Assembly (NCBI RefSeq): GCF_009914755.1
Contig: NC_060934.1
Length of the DNA stretch: 64,000 nucleotides
From: the human T2T-CHM13v2.0 reference genome, Homo sapiens
Reading direction: 5' to 3' (one strand)
Positions within the stretch are counted from its first letter, which is position 1. Each line of letters opens with the position of its first letter. This document shows positions 63,780-64,000 of the stretch, piece after piece. Below the pieces are notes generated by a model. The model saw only the letters and a program-made list of their open reading frames with translations. It did not search any database and had not been told where the DNA came from. The position numbers and the translations under genes were made by a program.

Positions 63780-64000
63780 TGTTTAAACTTTTCAAGAATC
63801 AGCTTTTTGTTTTACTCCTCCTTTGTATTTTTTTTTTCAGTCTTTATTTCATTTACTTCTGCTCTGATCTTTATTGTATCTTTTCTTTTGCTAACTTTGG
63901 ATTTGTTTTGTTCTTGGTTTCCTAGTTTCTTGAGTTGCATGATTAGATTTTTATTTGAAGTCTCTTTATTTTTGATGTAAGTATTCAGTGTTATAAACTA

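Overview
AT-rich, CpG-depleted primate (very probably human) intergenic or deep-intronic DNA. I find no host protein-coding exon, RNA gene, CpG island or prokaryote-type system. Much of the window is interspersed repeat: about 13 Alus (J/S/Y), L1s of several ages, L2/MIR relics, LTRs (MER4A, MER67-like, LTR16, MLT1A, a two-LTR MST provirus) and DNA transposons (MER2, MER85). The only real protein-like ORFs are broken L1 ORF1/ORF2 pieces. Subfamily names come from recalled consensus sequences, not a RepeatMasker run. The interesting content is structural: (1) an L1PA3 with a twin-priming 5' inversion, a 12-bp TSD and a 17-nt 3' transduction; (2) a tailless, 3'-truncated L1PA that still has a perfect 18-bp TSD; (3) a 53-bp inverted copy of nearby unique DNA inserted into an L1 3'UTR; (4) a (TA)n-based nest of inverted duplications at 11.9-12.7 kb; (5) several local tandem duplications, one with a templated junction insert; (6) a MER85 with the CSB-PGBD3 palindrome nested in an MST provirus; (7) head-to-head Alus 30 bp apart. 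I see no evidence of a new biological system. The closest thing to a theme is repeated local template-switch copying.
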